A stretch of 35,441 nucleotides of DNA, from NCBI GenBank assembly GCA_038208905.1, contig JBBQYG010000020.1:1-35441 (forward strand). Direction: 5' to 3'. The notes under the pieces were generated by a model, which was given only the letters and a program-made list of their open reading frames with translations, made no database searches and had not been told where the DNA came from. A program made the translations under genes and the position numbers. Shown here in pieces: positions 33,803 to 35,441 of the stretch. The number at the start of each line of letters is the position of its first letter. Within the stretch, counting starts at the first letter, position 1. The stretch is from Candidatus Sumerlaeia bacterium (GTDB lineage: Bacteria > Sumerlaeota > Sumerlaeia > SLMS01).

Positions 33803-33841
33803 GCGATTGGCGTAGTCATCGAATCCGGAATGTGACCCGCC

Positions 33842-35440
<1,599 letters not shown>

Positions 35441-35441
35441 C

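Overview
GC-rich bacterial chromosomal window with no rRNA, tRNA, CRISPR array, phage or transposase gene detected. The lineage is probably Candidatus Sumerlaeota (BRC1) or a relative; this is inferred only from the style of the pilin-like proteins and C-terminal tails. Contents in order: (i) a translationally coupled sugar ABC (CUT1) operon with a ROK repressor, a GNAT and an NAD-dependent epimerase; (ii) a 13-kb block of five co-oriented secreted multidomain proteins (DUF4874/DUF4832 protein, Calx-beta-like repeat protein, FG-GAP/Ig protein, beta-helix/DUF4955-like protein, endonuclease I/LTD protein); (iii) a Tat-exported Fe/Mn SOD, a stand-alone type IV pilin with a sigma54-type promoter, cysteine desulfurase, STAS protein, recO, several TPR proteins, two GspG-like pilins of one paralogous family, rlpA and a partial lon. 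The most notable signals are: a shared short terminal motif ([VL]-[PG]-[DE]-[AS]-hydrophobic, no TM helix) on the secreted proteins, a candidate unrecognised C-terminal sorting signal; a ~245-aa C-terminal module shared by two of those proteins; an unannotated unit at 26.95-27.12 kb made of an extended SD, a 14-codon ORF, hairpins and a terminator; and recurring inverted arrays of 7/9/10-bp tandem repeats in intergenic DNA. Domain names come from motif recognition, not database searches.
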